DNA from: Chiloscyllium plagiosum
Lineage: Eukaryota
NCBI RefSeq assembly: GCF_004010195.1
Contig: NC_057718.1
Location: 2,050,122-2,107,496 of the forward strand
Direction: 5' to 3'
DNA length: 57,375 bases
Part shown: positions 24,736 through 38,100 of the stretch, one piece after another
Layout: the number at the start of each line of letters is the position of its first letter
Position numbering within the stretch: the stretch's first letter is position 1
The notes under the pieces: model-generated
The model's input: the letters and a program-made list of their open reading frames with translations, nothing else
Told to the model about the DNA's origin: nothing
Databases searched by the model: none
Position numbers and translations under genes: made by a program

Positions 24736-27700
24736 GTGCAAACGCCCCAGTCATTTACCAGTCTCCGATCCTGGAACGTGTCACTGAGGGTCACACTGCC
24801 CGGTTACAGTGCACCGTGATGAACGCCGCAGTGACACACACTGATGTTCACTGGTACCGGGAACAACAAGAGAACAGCACGGAGTGGGTTTTAACAGATG
24901 ATGTGAGGAACATCACACAATGGAGCCCAGGATTCACTGAGCGGTTCCAGTCTTCCAGAGAGCCCTCCAATAACAGCTTCATTCTGACCATCACAAACGT
25001 GCAGCCTAATGACACTGGGGTCTATTTCTGTAAAGTGTGGGGAGACATCAGTGGGAATGGAACCCAGTTGATTGTAACCAATGAAGGTGTCTCCAGAATT
25101 AGAACTGGAATGAATGGAACCGGTGAAGAAAAATTGAGGAATGGGAATGAGCTGGATGCAGGCAGAGGTGAACTGTCCACCACCGTGTCGAACTGCAATG
25201 GAACTAGACAACAAGCCGGGAATGTGTACAACTGGAATGTAGCTACTGGAGAGAAATCCGGGATTGGGAATGAATCAGAGATCTCTGGTCATGTGTCCAG
25301 ACAGAATAAAACCATTGGAGAGAAAACCAGGACTGAGAATGAGCTGCAAGCTGTTACTGGACAGTTTTCCTGGAATGTGTCTGAACAAAATAGAATCAAC
25401 ATGGATGATCCCAGGAATGGGAGTGACCTGATATTAAGCAATGAACAAGTACTTGGAAATGAGCTGAAACAAAATGAAACCATTAATAAGATTATTAGAA
25501 ATGAGAATGAATTAAATGCAAATGGAGGTGGCCAGTTCAAAACTAGGAATGAGCTAATTGCAGTCAGTAGAGAGTTATCCGGTATTGTGTCTATCAGGAA
25601 TGGAGCCAATGGAGAAATATCTGGGAATTTTACCAACTGGAATAGAACGAGTGGAGACATATTGAGCAATGCATCTATTGGGAATGGAACCAGTGAAGTG
25701 ATATTCAGGAATGTGTCTATTGGGAATGGAACCGGTGAAGTGATATTCAGGAATGTGTCTATTAGGAATGGAACCGGTGAAGATATATCCAAGAATGTGT
25801 CTATTGGGAATGGAACCAGTGAAGTGATATTGAGGAATGTGTCTATTGGAAATGGAACCGGTGAAGATATATCCAAGAATGTGTCTATTGGAAATGGAAC
25901 CGGTGAAGTGATATTCAGGAATGTGTCTATTGGGAATGGAACCAGTGAGGTGATATTCAGGAATGTGTCTATTGGGAATGGAACTGATGAAGATATATCC
26001 AAGAATGTGTCTATCAGGAACGGAACCAGTGAGGTGATATCGAGGAATGTGTCCGACGGGAATGGGACCTGTAGAGAGATATCTGGGATTGTGTCAAACA
26101 GGAATGGAACCAATGAAGGGAAATCTGGGATTGTATCCATTGGGAATGCAACAAGTGGAGAGATATCTGAGATTATTTCAAATGGGAATGGGACCAGTGG
26201 AGAGATATCCAGGATTTTGTCTATTGGGAATGGGACCAGCGGAGAGATATCTGGGATTTTGTCTATTGGGAATGGGACCAGCGGAGAGATATCCGGGATT
26301 GTGTCTATTAGGAATGGGACCAGTGGAGAGATATCCATGATTATGTCTATTGGGAATGAAACCATTGGATTAATATCCGGGATTGTGTCCAACTGGAATG
26401 GAACTGGTGGAGATATATCTGGGGTTGTGTCTATTGGGAAAGGAACCATTAGAGAGTTATCTGGGATGGTTCCTATCGGGAAAGGAACTACTGGAGAGAT
26501 ATCCGGGATTGTCTCTATCGGGAATGGAACCAGTGGAGAGGTATCCGCAATTGTGTCTATTGGGAATATACCCATTGGAGTAATATCTGGCAATGTGTCC
26601 AACTGGAATGGAACCAGACGAGAAATTTCCAGGATCATGAATGAATCAAATGCAGTCACTGCAAACAATTCAAGCAATGGGAATGAACTGAAAATAGCCA
26701 ACAGAACAGCATCAATCCCTGGATCCAAATGGATAGAAACCAGTCGGGCAATAAATGTGACAAGGAATATGCTGAACACAAGCAGTGGAGAAATATCACG
26801 GAATGTTCCAAATATATCCAGCGGAGAAGTCACCAGGAATGTGTCACAATGGAATAACAGCAGAGGACAGATATCCAAGACTGAGAATGAACTGAATTTC
26901 ACAAGTGGAGAGGTGAACAGGATTGTGTCCAACTGTAGTGTAACGAGTGCAGCAATTCCCAGGATTCGGAATGAATCAGATGCAGTAATCAGAGTGACTT
27001 CATACGTTGGGAACAATCTGAGTGCAGCCAGTGGAGTGATCTCCAAAACTGGGAATGAGCTGAATACATCCAATCTAAGGGCATCCAGCATTGGAATCAG
27101 GCCAAAAGCAATCAATGTAGAGATCTCCAAGACTAGAAGTGACACAAATGCAGGAAATAGAAAGCTTTCTTGGAAAATGTCCAAACGATATAGACATCGT
27201 GGACAACCCTCCAAGCCTGGGAATCAATTGAATTTTGCAAGTGGAGCATTACCCAGCATTGTTTCCAAATGGAATGGAACTATTGGGGAGATTTTCAGGA
27301 TTGGAAGTGAATTGAAATCAGCCAGCAGAGAGATCTCCGGGACTGGGAATGAGACAAATATTGCCAGTGCAGAGATCTCCAGGATTGGGAATGAGACAAA
27401 TCTTGCTAGTAAAGAAATCTCCAGGATTGGGAATGAGACGAATGTTGCCAGTGCGGAGATCTCCGGGATTGGGAATGAGACTAATGTTGCCAGTAGAGAA
27501 ATCTCTGGGACTGGGAATGAGACAAATATTGCCAGAGCGGAGATCTCCGGGATTGGGAATGAGACTAATGTTGCCAGTGCGGAGATCTCCGGGATTGGGA
27601 ATGAGACTAATGTTGCCAGTAGAGAAATCTCCAGGATTGGGGATGAGACTAATGTTGCCAGTGCGGAGATCTCCAGGATTGGGAATGAGACAAATCTTGC

Positions 27701-29238
27701 TAGTAAAGAAATCTCCAGGATTGGGAATGAAACGAATGTTGTCAGTGCGGAGATCTCCGGGATTGGGAATGAGACTAATGTTGCCAGTGCGGAGATCTCC
27801 AGGATTGGGAATGAGACAAATCTTGCTAGTAAAGAAATCTCCAGGATTGGGAATGAAACGAATGTTGCCAGTGCGGAGATCTCCGGGATTGGGAATGAGA
27901 CTAATGTTGCCAGTAGAGAAATCTCTGGGACTGGGAATGAGACAAATGTTGTCAGTGCGGAGATCTCCGGGATTGGGAATGAGATGAATATTGCCAGTGC
28001 AGAGATCTCCAGGATTGGGAATGAGACAAATATTGCCAGTGCGGAGATCTCCAGGATTGGGAATGAGACTAATGTTGCCAGTGCGGAGATCTCCGGGATT
28101 GGGAATGAGACTAATGTTGCCAGTAGAGAAATCTCCTGGATTGGGAATGAGATTAATGATGCCAGTGCGGAGATCTCTGGGATTGGGAATGAGACTAATG
28201 TTGCCAGTGGAGGAATCTCCGGGACTGGGAATGAGACTAATGTTGCCAGTGCGGAGATCTCCAGGATTGGGAATGAGACTAATGTTGCCAGTGGAGGAAT
28301 CTCCGGGACTGGGAATGAGATTAATGTTGCCAGTGCGGAGATCTCCGGGATTGGGAATGAGACTAATGTTGCCAGTGAAGGAATCTCCGGGACTGGGAAT
28401 GAGACTAATGTTGCCAGTCCGGAGATCTCCAGGATTGGGAATGAGACAAATATTGCCAGTGCGGAGATCTCCGGGACTGGGAATGAGACTAATGTTGCCA
28501 GTGGAGAAATCTCCGGGACTAGGAATGAGACTAATGTTGCCAGTGCGGAGATCTCCGGGATTGGGAATGAGACAAATGTTGCCAGTAGAGAAACCTCTGG
28601 GACTGTGTCTAAAGAGACTAGAATCATTGGTGAAATAAGTATGAATGATAATGTGCTGAATGTATCCAATGATAAAATATCTGGAAATGAACGAAATGCA
28701 GCTCATGGAGCAATTACAAAAAATGGGAATGAAGTGACAGCAACCAGTGGGAAGAAATCTAGCAATGTGTCTAAAGTTAATGTAATTCATGGAAATACCT
28801 CCAGGTCTGGGAATGAACTCAGTGCAGCCAGAGGAGAGCTGGCCAAAACTGACCTGGAAGAAATCAGTGAAACATTTACAAGGAATGAGTTGAATACAAT
28901 CAATGGAGAAGTTTCCAGGAACATGTCTAAATGGAATGGCACCAGTATAGAGAGCTTCAGAAATTGGAATGTACTGAATGGATCCATTGGTGACATTTCA
29001 AGGGCTGCGAAGAAACTGGAGACAGTGAATGAGGAGATGGAGGGCAGAGCAGTTCAATGGAATAGAACCAGTGAAGACAGATCCAGGATTGAGAAGGATC
29101 TGAATGTAACAAGCGGTAATTCAGCAAAGAATCAGTCTGAAGAAAAAGGAACCATTTTGGAGCGTTCCAGGAACAGGACAGAAATGAGTGTAACGATTGC
29201 AGAGATCTCCCGGAATATCACTCAGCTGAGCACAATCA
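24736..29238 (+). CDS. Giant exon (4,503 bp): VJ-type Ig V domain 2 (to about 25080) plus an about 1,390-aa repetitive N-glycosylated stalk
   Basis: Acceptor tgttttctcttaaag| in phase 1 joins V1 as ...NVTS-ANAPVIYQSP. V-set motifs LQC, VHWYRE, FILTITNVQPNDTGVYFC and SGNGTQLIVT are present. The frame is uninterrupted for 1,500 codons. Donor ATCA|gtaagt is phase 1. Confidence 0.92.
25670..26620 (+). repeat. Coding 42-bp tandem array A (SIGNGTSEVIFRNV / SIGNGTSGEISGIV), about 22 units
   Basis: Visible in both DNA and translation. Confidence 0.9.
27330..28605 (+). repeat. Coding 42-bp tandem array B (GNETNVASAEISGI), about 30 units
   Basis: Visible in both DNA and translation. Confidence 0.95.
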
Positions 29239-30363
29239 GTAAGTAAACTTCAGCATTGTTTAGTGTGACTTTAAGAAAGGCAGGATTATATTTACACAAC
29301 ACTTGGTCATATTTCCCAGAAACATGACATTGAACTGCATGCCAGTGTTGAATCTTGGCCATAACCTCTTGCAAGTTGGGGAGTGTGACACCTTTCTACC
29401 AACTATGTCATAGATGTATTGCCATTTTTGCTCCCAAGCTCAGTTTGTCAGGCCAAAGCAATCTTCTAAGTGGGTGCATTGAGTAAACTGCATCAACAGC
29501 CAGCATGCATTGAAATACGGGAGAGGAAATTTCAATTGAGACATACAAGAAGGCATTAGATGATTATTTAGATAGAAATTATGTACAAGCATACAGGCAA
29601 AAAAACGGGAGATCGGCACAATGTCAGGATTCATATTGGCAGAGACAGTGGAGTCACATTGGGCTGAATGGCCTATTTCTGTGTCATAATAATTCCCAGG
29701 TTCTGTGAAACTATGTTAACATGAAACCTTCACAGAGCTACAAAAACAAATGAAATGCAGAGTAATAATTTACACAATAACCTAATACACATACTGAGTA
29801 ATGTACATCATCATCTAAGCCAGCTACAGCATAATAACATACATTATACCTACAGAGTAATGCGTAAATACTAACTGCACAACTACAGAGTAATAGTGTA
29901 AATAATCATTTAACATTGCTACAGAGTAATAATGCATAAAATAACCAAAGATCGCTCCAGAGTAAAAATATACATAATAACCTACAGGGTAATAATTTAC
30001 ATCAAAAACCAAATTCACCTACAGAGTAATAATGTACACATTAAACTACCACACCTACAAAGTAATAATCTACATATTAATCTACCATACCTGCAGAGTA
30101 ATAATGTACATATTAATCTATTGCACCTACAGAGGAACAACATACATATTAACCTACTACTCCTATGGAGGAATAATGCTCAGAATATCCCAACATAGCC
30201 ACTGAATAATAATGTATGCAATAACTAAAAGAGCTACTAAGAAATAATGTATATAATAACCTAAAGCTACTACAGCATAGTAATGTATAAGATAACCTAA
30301 AGCGTCTGCAGTGTAATAACATACATATTAAACTACTGCATATACAGAGAAATAACGCACGTA

Positions 30364-30577
30364 CAGTCATTTCTTTGATAGTGTGATAGTCGTGTTCCTG
30401 TGTGAGCACATGCTTTACAAGAATTCCACGGTACAAATAACAAAGTGTTGGTGATGCAATCACACTATAGCCAACACCGGTTTAAAAAGTTCACCCTTTA
30501 GATACAGCATCCCCTTTCGTCAATTGTGTTACAGTGAATTTGTGTTGACAAAATGTACGTTATAGCAGAATGACCTG
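30364..30577. mobile_element. Small TA-flanked MITE-like element
   Basis: TA|CAGTCATTTCT...AGCAGAATGACCTG|TA with imperfect terminal inverted repeats, interrupting the satellite. Confidence 0.55.
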
Positions 30578-30775
30578 TATTAACCCACTGCTTCTACAGA
30601 GGAATAATGTTCAGAATATCCCAACATAGCCACTGAATAATAAGGTATAAAATAACTAATACAGTTACTGACAAATAATGTATGGAATAACCCAAAGCTT
30701 CTAAAACATTAGAATACACATATTAACCTGCTGCACCTACAGAGTAATAATGTATGTAGTACCCCAACATAGCTA

Positions 30776-31097
30776 CAGGTAGACGATCCTTCATCTGAAC
30801 ATGCAAAAACCGAAAAGCTCTGAAGTCTGAAGGTTTTTTTGTGAAGTTTTTAACTCATTAACAAGGCTGTTTGGCGAGCAAACAGTTAACCCCAGGTTGA
30901 CACCCACTCCATGTGTGTCATTCAGATACGACGTGGGGGGACGTAGCCAAGCACGTTCTTAGTTAGAAGTCTGCTTCTCTGGTAAGATTTTTTAAAAAAT
31001 TTCACCATTAAACTGTCACATTCTGAAAACTGAAAAATTCCGAATTCCGAAAAAAACAGCTGGTCCCGAGCTTTTCAGATAAAGGATCTTCTAGTTG
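30776..31097. mobile_element. Tc1/mariner-pogo-type MITE
   Basis: TA|CAGGTAGACGATCCTTCATCTGAA ... TTCAGATAAAGGATCTTCTAGTTG|TA terminal inverted repeats with TA duplication. Confidence 0.7.
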
Positions 31098-31765
31098 TAT
31101 GGAGTAGTAATGGATACAATAACTAACAAGTGACAGAGGAATAATGTATATAAGATACAACCTTGCAGAATAATAATGTACACACACCTTCAAATAATGT
31201 TGATAATAACAGAACACACCTAGAGATTCATAATCAACTTAATAACCCGAGATACCCACACAGTAATCATGTATATAGTAACAGAGTACATCTACAGAAG
31301 AAAAAGATTTATAACATATTAAAAGAATAACAATGTCCATAAGGAGCAAGCACTGCTACAGACTAATAGTGTACATAATAACCACAGTAAAAATGTTAAT
31401 TACAACCTAAAACAGCTACAGCTTAATAATGTATATAATAACCTCATACAAGTGCAGAGTAATCCGTTACATAGTAATTCAACATACCCACATAGACATA
31501 ACGATAACCGAACAGAACTACAGAATAGTAATGTGGATATTAACATAACACATCTTAATCATAATAACACATATAATGTTCAAACACAGCTACAGAGAAA
31601 TAACGGATATAGTACCTCAACCCAGCTACACAGTAATAATGATAATGGTACCCTAACACAGCAACAGAGTAATAATGGAAATGATACCCTAACCTAGATA
31701 CACAGTAATATTGGGCATGGTACCCGAACCCAGCTACAGATTAAAACTGGATATGATACCCTATT

Positions 31766-32070
31766 AAGGACAAAAGGGTAACTAGGGAGAGAATAGGCCC
31801 CTTAAAGATCAGCAAGGTGGCCTTTGTGTGGAGCCACAAAAAATGGGAGAGATACTAAATGAATATTTTGCATCAGTATTTACTGTGGACAAGGATATGG
31901 AAGATATAGACTGTAGGGAAATAGATGGTGACATGTTGCAAAATGTCCAGATTACAGAGGAGGAAGTGCTGGATGTTTTGAAACGGATAAAAGTGGATAA
32001 ATCTCCAGGACCAGGTGTACCCGAGAACTCTGTGGGAAGCTAGAGAAGTGATTGCTGGGCCTCTTGCTGA
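31766..32070 (+). mobile_element. CR1 ORF2 internal fragment
   Basis: MGEILNEYFASVFT...ITEEEVLDVLKRIKVDKSPGP. Confidence 0.9.
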
Positions 32071-32145
32071 GAGGAGAAAGTGAGGTCTGCCGATGCTGGA
32101 GATCAAAGTTGAAACTTTATTGCTGGAACAGCACAGCAGGTCAGG

Positions 32146-35100
32146 CAGCTACACAGTAGTAATGGATATGACACCCTAACCCAGCTACACAGTAGTAATG
32201 GATATGACACCCTAACCCAGCTACACAGTAGTAATGGATATGACACCCTAACCCAGCTACACAGTAGTAATGGATATGACACCCTAACCCAGCTACACAG
32301 TAGTAATGGATATGACACCCTAACCCAGCTACACAGTAGTAATGGATATGACACCCTAACCCAGCTACACAGTAGTAATGGATATGACACCCTAACCCAG
32401 CTACACAGTAGTAATGGATATGACACCCTAACCCAGCTACACAGTAGTAATGGATATGACACCCTAACCCAGCTACACAGTAGTAATGGATATGACACCC
32501 TAACCCAGCTACACAGTAGTAATGGATATGACACCCTAACCCAGCTACACAGTAGTAATGGATATGACACCCTAACCCAGCTACACAGTAGTAATGGATA
32601 TGACACCCTAACCCAGCTACACAGTAGTAATGGATATGACACCCTAACCCAGCTACACAGTAGTAATGGATATGACACCCTAACCCAGCTACACAGTAGT
32701 AATGGATATGACACCCTAACCCAGCTACACAGTAGTAATGGATATGACACCCTAACCCAGCTACACAGTAGTAATGGATATGACACCCTAACCCAGCTAC
32801 ACAGTAGTAATGGATATGACACCCTAACCCAGCTACACAGTAGTAATGGATATGACACCCTAACCCAGCTACACAGTAGTAATGGATATGACACCCTAAC
32901 CCAGCTACACAGTAGTAATGGATATGACACCCTAACCCAGCTACACAGTAGTAATGGATATGACACCCTAACCCAGCTACACAGTAGTAATGGATATGAC
33001 ACCCTAACCCAGCTACACAGTAGTAATGGATATGACACCCTAACCCAGCTACACAGTAGTAATGGATATGACACCCTAACCCAGCTACACAGTAGTAATG
33101 GATATGACACCCTAACCCAGCTACACAGTAGTAATGGATATGACACCCTAACCCAGCTACACAGTAGTAATGGATATGACACCCTAACCCAGCTACACAG
33201 TAGTAATGGATATGACACCCTAACCCAGCTACACAGTAGTAATGGATATGACACCCTAACCCAGCTACACAGTAGTAATGGATATGACACCCTAACCCAG
33301 CTACACAGTAGTAATGGATATGACACCCTAACCCAGCTACACAGTAGTAATGGATATGACACCCTAACCCAGCTACACAGTAGTAATGGATATGACACCC
33401 TAACCCAGCTACACAGTAGTAATGGATATGACACCCTAACCCAGCTACACAGTAGTAATGGATATGACACCCTAACCCAGCTACACAGTAGTAATGGATA
33501 TGACACCCTAACCCAGCTACACAGTAGTAATGGATATGACACCCTAACCCAGCTACACAGTAGTAATGGATATGACACCCTAACCCAGCTACACAGTAGT
33601 AATGGATATGACACCCTAACCCAGCTACACAGTAGTAATGGATATGACACCCTAACCCAGCTACACAGTAGTAATGGATATGACACCCTAACCCAGCTAC
33701 ACAGTAGTAATGGATATGACACCCTAACCCAGCTACACAGTAGTAATGGATATGACACCCTAACCCAGCTACACAGTAGTAATGGATATGACACCCTAAC
33801 CCAGCTACACAGTAGTAATGGATATGACACCCTAACCCAGCTACACAGTAGTAATGGATATGACACCCTAACCCAGCTACACAGTAGTAATGGATATGAC
33901 ACCCTAACCCAGCTACACAGTAGTAATGGATATGACACCCTAACCCAGCTACACAGTAGTAATGGATATGACACCCTAACCCAGCTACACAGTAGTAATG
34001 GATATGACACCCTAACCCAGCTACACAGTAGTAATGGATATGACACCCTAACCCAGCTACACAGTAGTAATGGATATGACACCCTAACCCAGCTACACAG
34101 TAGTAATGGATATGACACCCTAACCCAGCTACACAGTAGTAATGGATATGACACCCTAACCCAGCTACACAGTAGTAATGGATATGACACCCTAACCCAG
34201 CTACACAGTAGTAATGGATATGACACCCTAACCCAGCTACACAGTAGTAATGGATATGACACCCTAACCCAGCTACACAGTAGTAATGGATATGACACCC
34301 TAACCCAGCTACACAGTAGTAATGGATATGACACCCTAACCCAGCTACACAGTAGTAATGGATATGACACCCTAACCCAGCTACACAGTAGTAATGGATA
34401 TGACACCCTAACCCAGCTACACAGTAGTAATGGATATGACACCCTAACCCAGCTACACAGTAGTAATGGATATGACACCCTAACCCAGCTACACAGTAGT
34501 AATGGATATGACACCCTAACCCAGCTACACAGTAGTAATGGATATGACACCCTAACCCAGCTACACAGTAGTAATGGATATGACACCCTAACCCAGCTAC
34601 ACAGTAGTAATGGATATGACACCCTAACCCAGCTACACAGTAGTAATGGATATGACACCCTAACCCAGCTACACAGTAGTAATGGATATGACACCCTAAC
34701 CCAGCTACACAGTAGTAATGGATATGACACCCTAACCCAGCTACACAGTAGTAATGGATATGACACCCTAACCCAGCTACACAGTAGTAATGGATATGAC
34801 ACCCTAACCCAGCTACACAGTAGTAATGGATATGACACCCTAACCCAGCTACACAGTAGTAATGGATATGACACCCTAACCCAGCTACACAGTAGTAATG
34901 GATATGACACCCTAACCCAGCTACACAGTAGTAATGGATATGACACCCTAACCCAGCTACACAGTAGTAATGGATATGACACCCTAACCCAGCTACACAG
35001 TAGTAATGGATATGACACCCTAACCCAGCTACACAGTAGTAATGGATATGACACCCTAACCCAGCTACACAGTAGTAATGGATATGACACCCTAACCCAG

Positions 35101-38100
35101 CTACACAGTAGTAATGGATATGACACCCTAACCCAGCTACACAGTAGTAATGGATATGACACCCTAACCCAGCTACACAGTAGTAATGGATATGACACCC
35201 TAACCCAGCTACACAGTAGTAATGGATATGACACCCTAACCCAGCTACACAGTAGTAATGGATATGACACCCTAACCCAGCTACACAGTAGTAATGGATA
35301 TGACACCCTAACCCAGCTACACAGTAGTAATGGATATGACACCCTAACCCAGCTACACAGTAGTAATGGATATGACACCCTAACCCAGCTACACAGTAGT
35401 AATGGATATGACACCCTAACCCAGCTACACAGTAGTAATGGATATGACACCCTAACCCAGCTACACAGTAGTAATGGATATGACACCCTAACCCAGCTAC
35501 ACAGTAGTAATGGATATGACACCCTAACCCAGCTACACAGTAGTAATGGATATGACACCCTAACCCAGCTACACAGTAGTAATGGATATGACACCCTAAC
35601 CCAGCTACACAGTAGTAATGGATATGACACCCTAACCCAGCTACACAGTAGTAATGGATATGACACCCTAACCCAGCTACACAGTAGTAATGGATATGAC
35701 ACCCTAACCCAGCTACACAGTAGTAATGGATATGACACCCTAACCCAGCTACACAGTAGTAATGGATATGACACCCTAACCCAGCTACACAGTAGTAATG
35801 GATATGACACCCTAACCCAGCTACACAGTAGTAATGGATATGACACCCTAACCCAGCTACACAGTAGTAATGGATATGACACCCTAACCCAGCTACACAG
35901 TAGTAATGGATATGACACCCTAACCCAGCTACACAGTAGTAATGGATATGACACCCTAACCCAGCTACACAGTAGTAATGGATATGACACCCTAACCCAG
36001 CTACACAGTAGTAATGGATATGACACCCTAACCCAGCTACACAGTAGTAATGGATATGACACCCTAACCCAGCTACACAGTAGTAATGGATATGACACCC
36101 TAACCCAGCTACACAGTAGTAATGGATATGACACCCTAACCCAGCTACACAGTAGTAATGGATATGACACCCTAACCCAGCTACACAGTAGTAATGGATA
36201 TGACACCCTAACCCAGCTACACAGTAGTAATGGATATGACACCCTAACCCAGCTACACAGTAGTAATGGATATGACACCCTAACCCAGCTACACAGTAGT
36301 AATGGATATGACACCCTAACCCAGCTACACAGTAGTAATGGATATGACACCCTAACCCAGCTACACAGTAGTAATGGATATGACACCCTAACCCAGCTAC
36401 ACAGTAGTAATGGATATGACACCCTAACCCAGCTACACAGTAGTAATGGATATGACACCCTAACCCAGCTACACAGTAGTAATGGATATGACACCCTAAC
36501 CCAGCTACACAGTAGTAATGGATATGACACCCTAACCCAGCTACACAGTAGTAATGGATATGACACCCTAACCCAGCTACACAGTAGTAATGGATATGAC
36601 ACCCTAACCCAGCTACACAGTAGTAATGGATATGACACCCTAACCCAGCTACACAGTAGTAATGGATATGACACCCTAACCCAGCTACACAGTAGTAATG
36701 GATATGACACCCTAACCCAGCTACACAGTAGTAATGGATATGACACCCTAACCCAGCTACACAGTAGTAATGGATATGACACCCTAACCCAGCTACACAG
36801 TAGTAATGGATATGACACCCTAACCCAGCTACACAGTAGTAATGGATATGACACCCTAACCCAGCTACACAGTAGTAATGGATATGACACCCTAACCCAG
36901 CTACACAGTAGTAATGGATATGACACCCTAACCCAGCTACACAGTAGTAATGGATATGACACCCTAACCCAGCTACACAGTAGTAATGGATATGACACCC
37001 TAACCCAGCTACACAGTAGTAATGGATATGACACCCTAACCCAGCTACACAGTAGTAATGGATATGACACCCTAACCCAGCTACACAGTAGTAATGGATA
37101 TGACACCCTAACCCAGCTACACAGTAGTAATGGATATGACACCCTAACCCAGCTACACAGTAGTAATGGATATGACACCCTAACCCAGCTACACAGTAGT
37201 AATGGATATGACACCCTAACCCAGCTACACAGTAGTAATGGATATGACACCCTAACCCAGCTACACAGTAGTAATGGATATGACACCCTAACCCAGCTAC
37301 ACAGTAGTAATGGATATGACACCCTAACCCAGCTACACAGTAGTAATGGATATGACACCCTAACCCAGCTACACAGTAGTAATGGATATGACACCCTAAC
37401 CCAGCTACACAGTAGTAATGGATATGACACCCTAACCCAGCTACACAGTAGTAATGGATATGACACCCTAACCCAGCTACACAGTAGTAATGGATATGAC
37501 ACCCTAACCCAGCTACACAGTAGTAATGGATATGACACCCTAACCCAGCTACACAGTAGTAATGGATATGACACCCTAACCCAGCTACACAGTAGTAATG
37601 GATATGACACCCTAACCCAGCTACACAGTAGTAATGGATATGACACCCTAACCCAGCTACACAGTAGTAATGGATATGACACCCTAACCCAGCTACACAG
37701 TAGTAATGGATATGACACCCTAACCCAGCTACACAGTAGTAATGGATATGACACCCTAACCCAGCTACACAGTAGTAATGGATATGACACCCTAACCCAG
37801 CTACACAGTAGTAATGGATATGACACCCTAACCCAGCTACACAGTAGTAATGGATATGACACCCTAACCCAGCTACACAGTAGTAATGGATATGACACCC
37901 TAACCCAGCTACACAGTAGTAATGGATATGACACCCTAACCCAGCTACACAGTAGTAATGGATATGACACCCTAACCCAGCTACACAGTAGTAATGGATA
38001 TGACACCCTAACCCAGCTACACAGTAGTAATGGATATGACACCCTAACCCAGCTACACAGTAGTAATGGATATGACACCCTAACCCAGCTACACAGTAGT

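Larger units (their letters stand above)
29740..31765. repeat. Old degenerate AT-rich satellite of about 36 bp (core CTACAGAGTAATAATGTACATAATAACC); continues at 39420-41410, about 47570-47700 and about 49210-49360
   Basis: Recurring 'ctacagagtaataatg' at roughly 35-37-bp spacing. Confidence 0.8.

Noticed and set aside
18456-25080. Conventional rearranging Ig light chain or TCR locus
   Set aside because: V and J are fused, no RSS or C1 exon was found, and the two V exons splice in tandem onto a stalk and TM.
25289-28790. Long antisense and alternative-frame ORFs (641, 481, 490, 212 and 215 aa) over the stalk
   Set aside because: They are shadows of the 42-bp coding repeat; only the + frame is continuous with the V domain and the splice sites.
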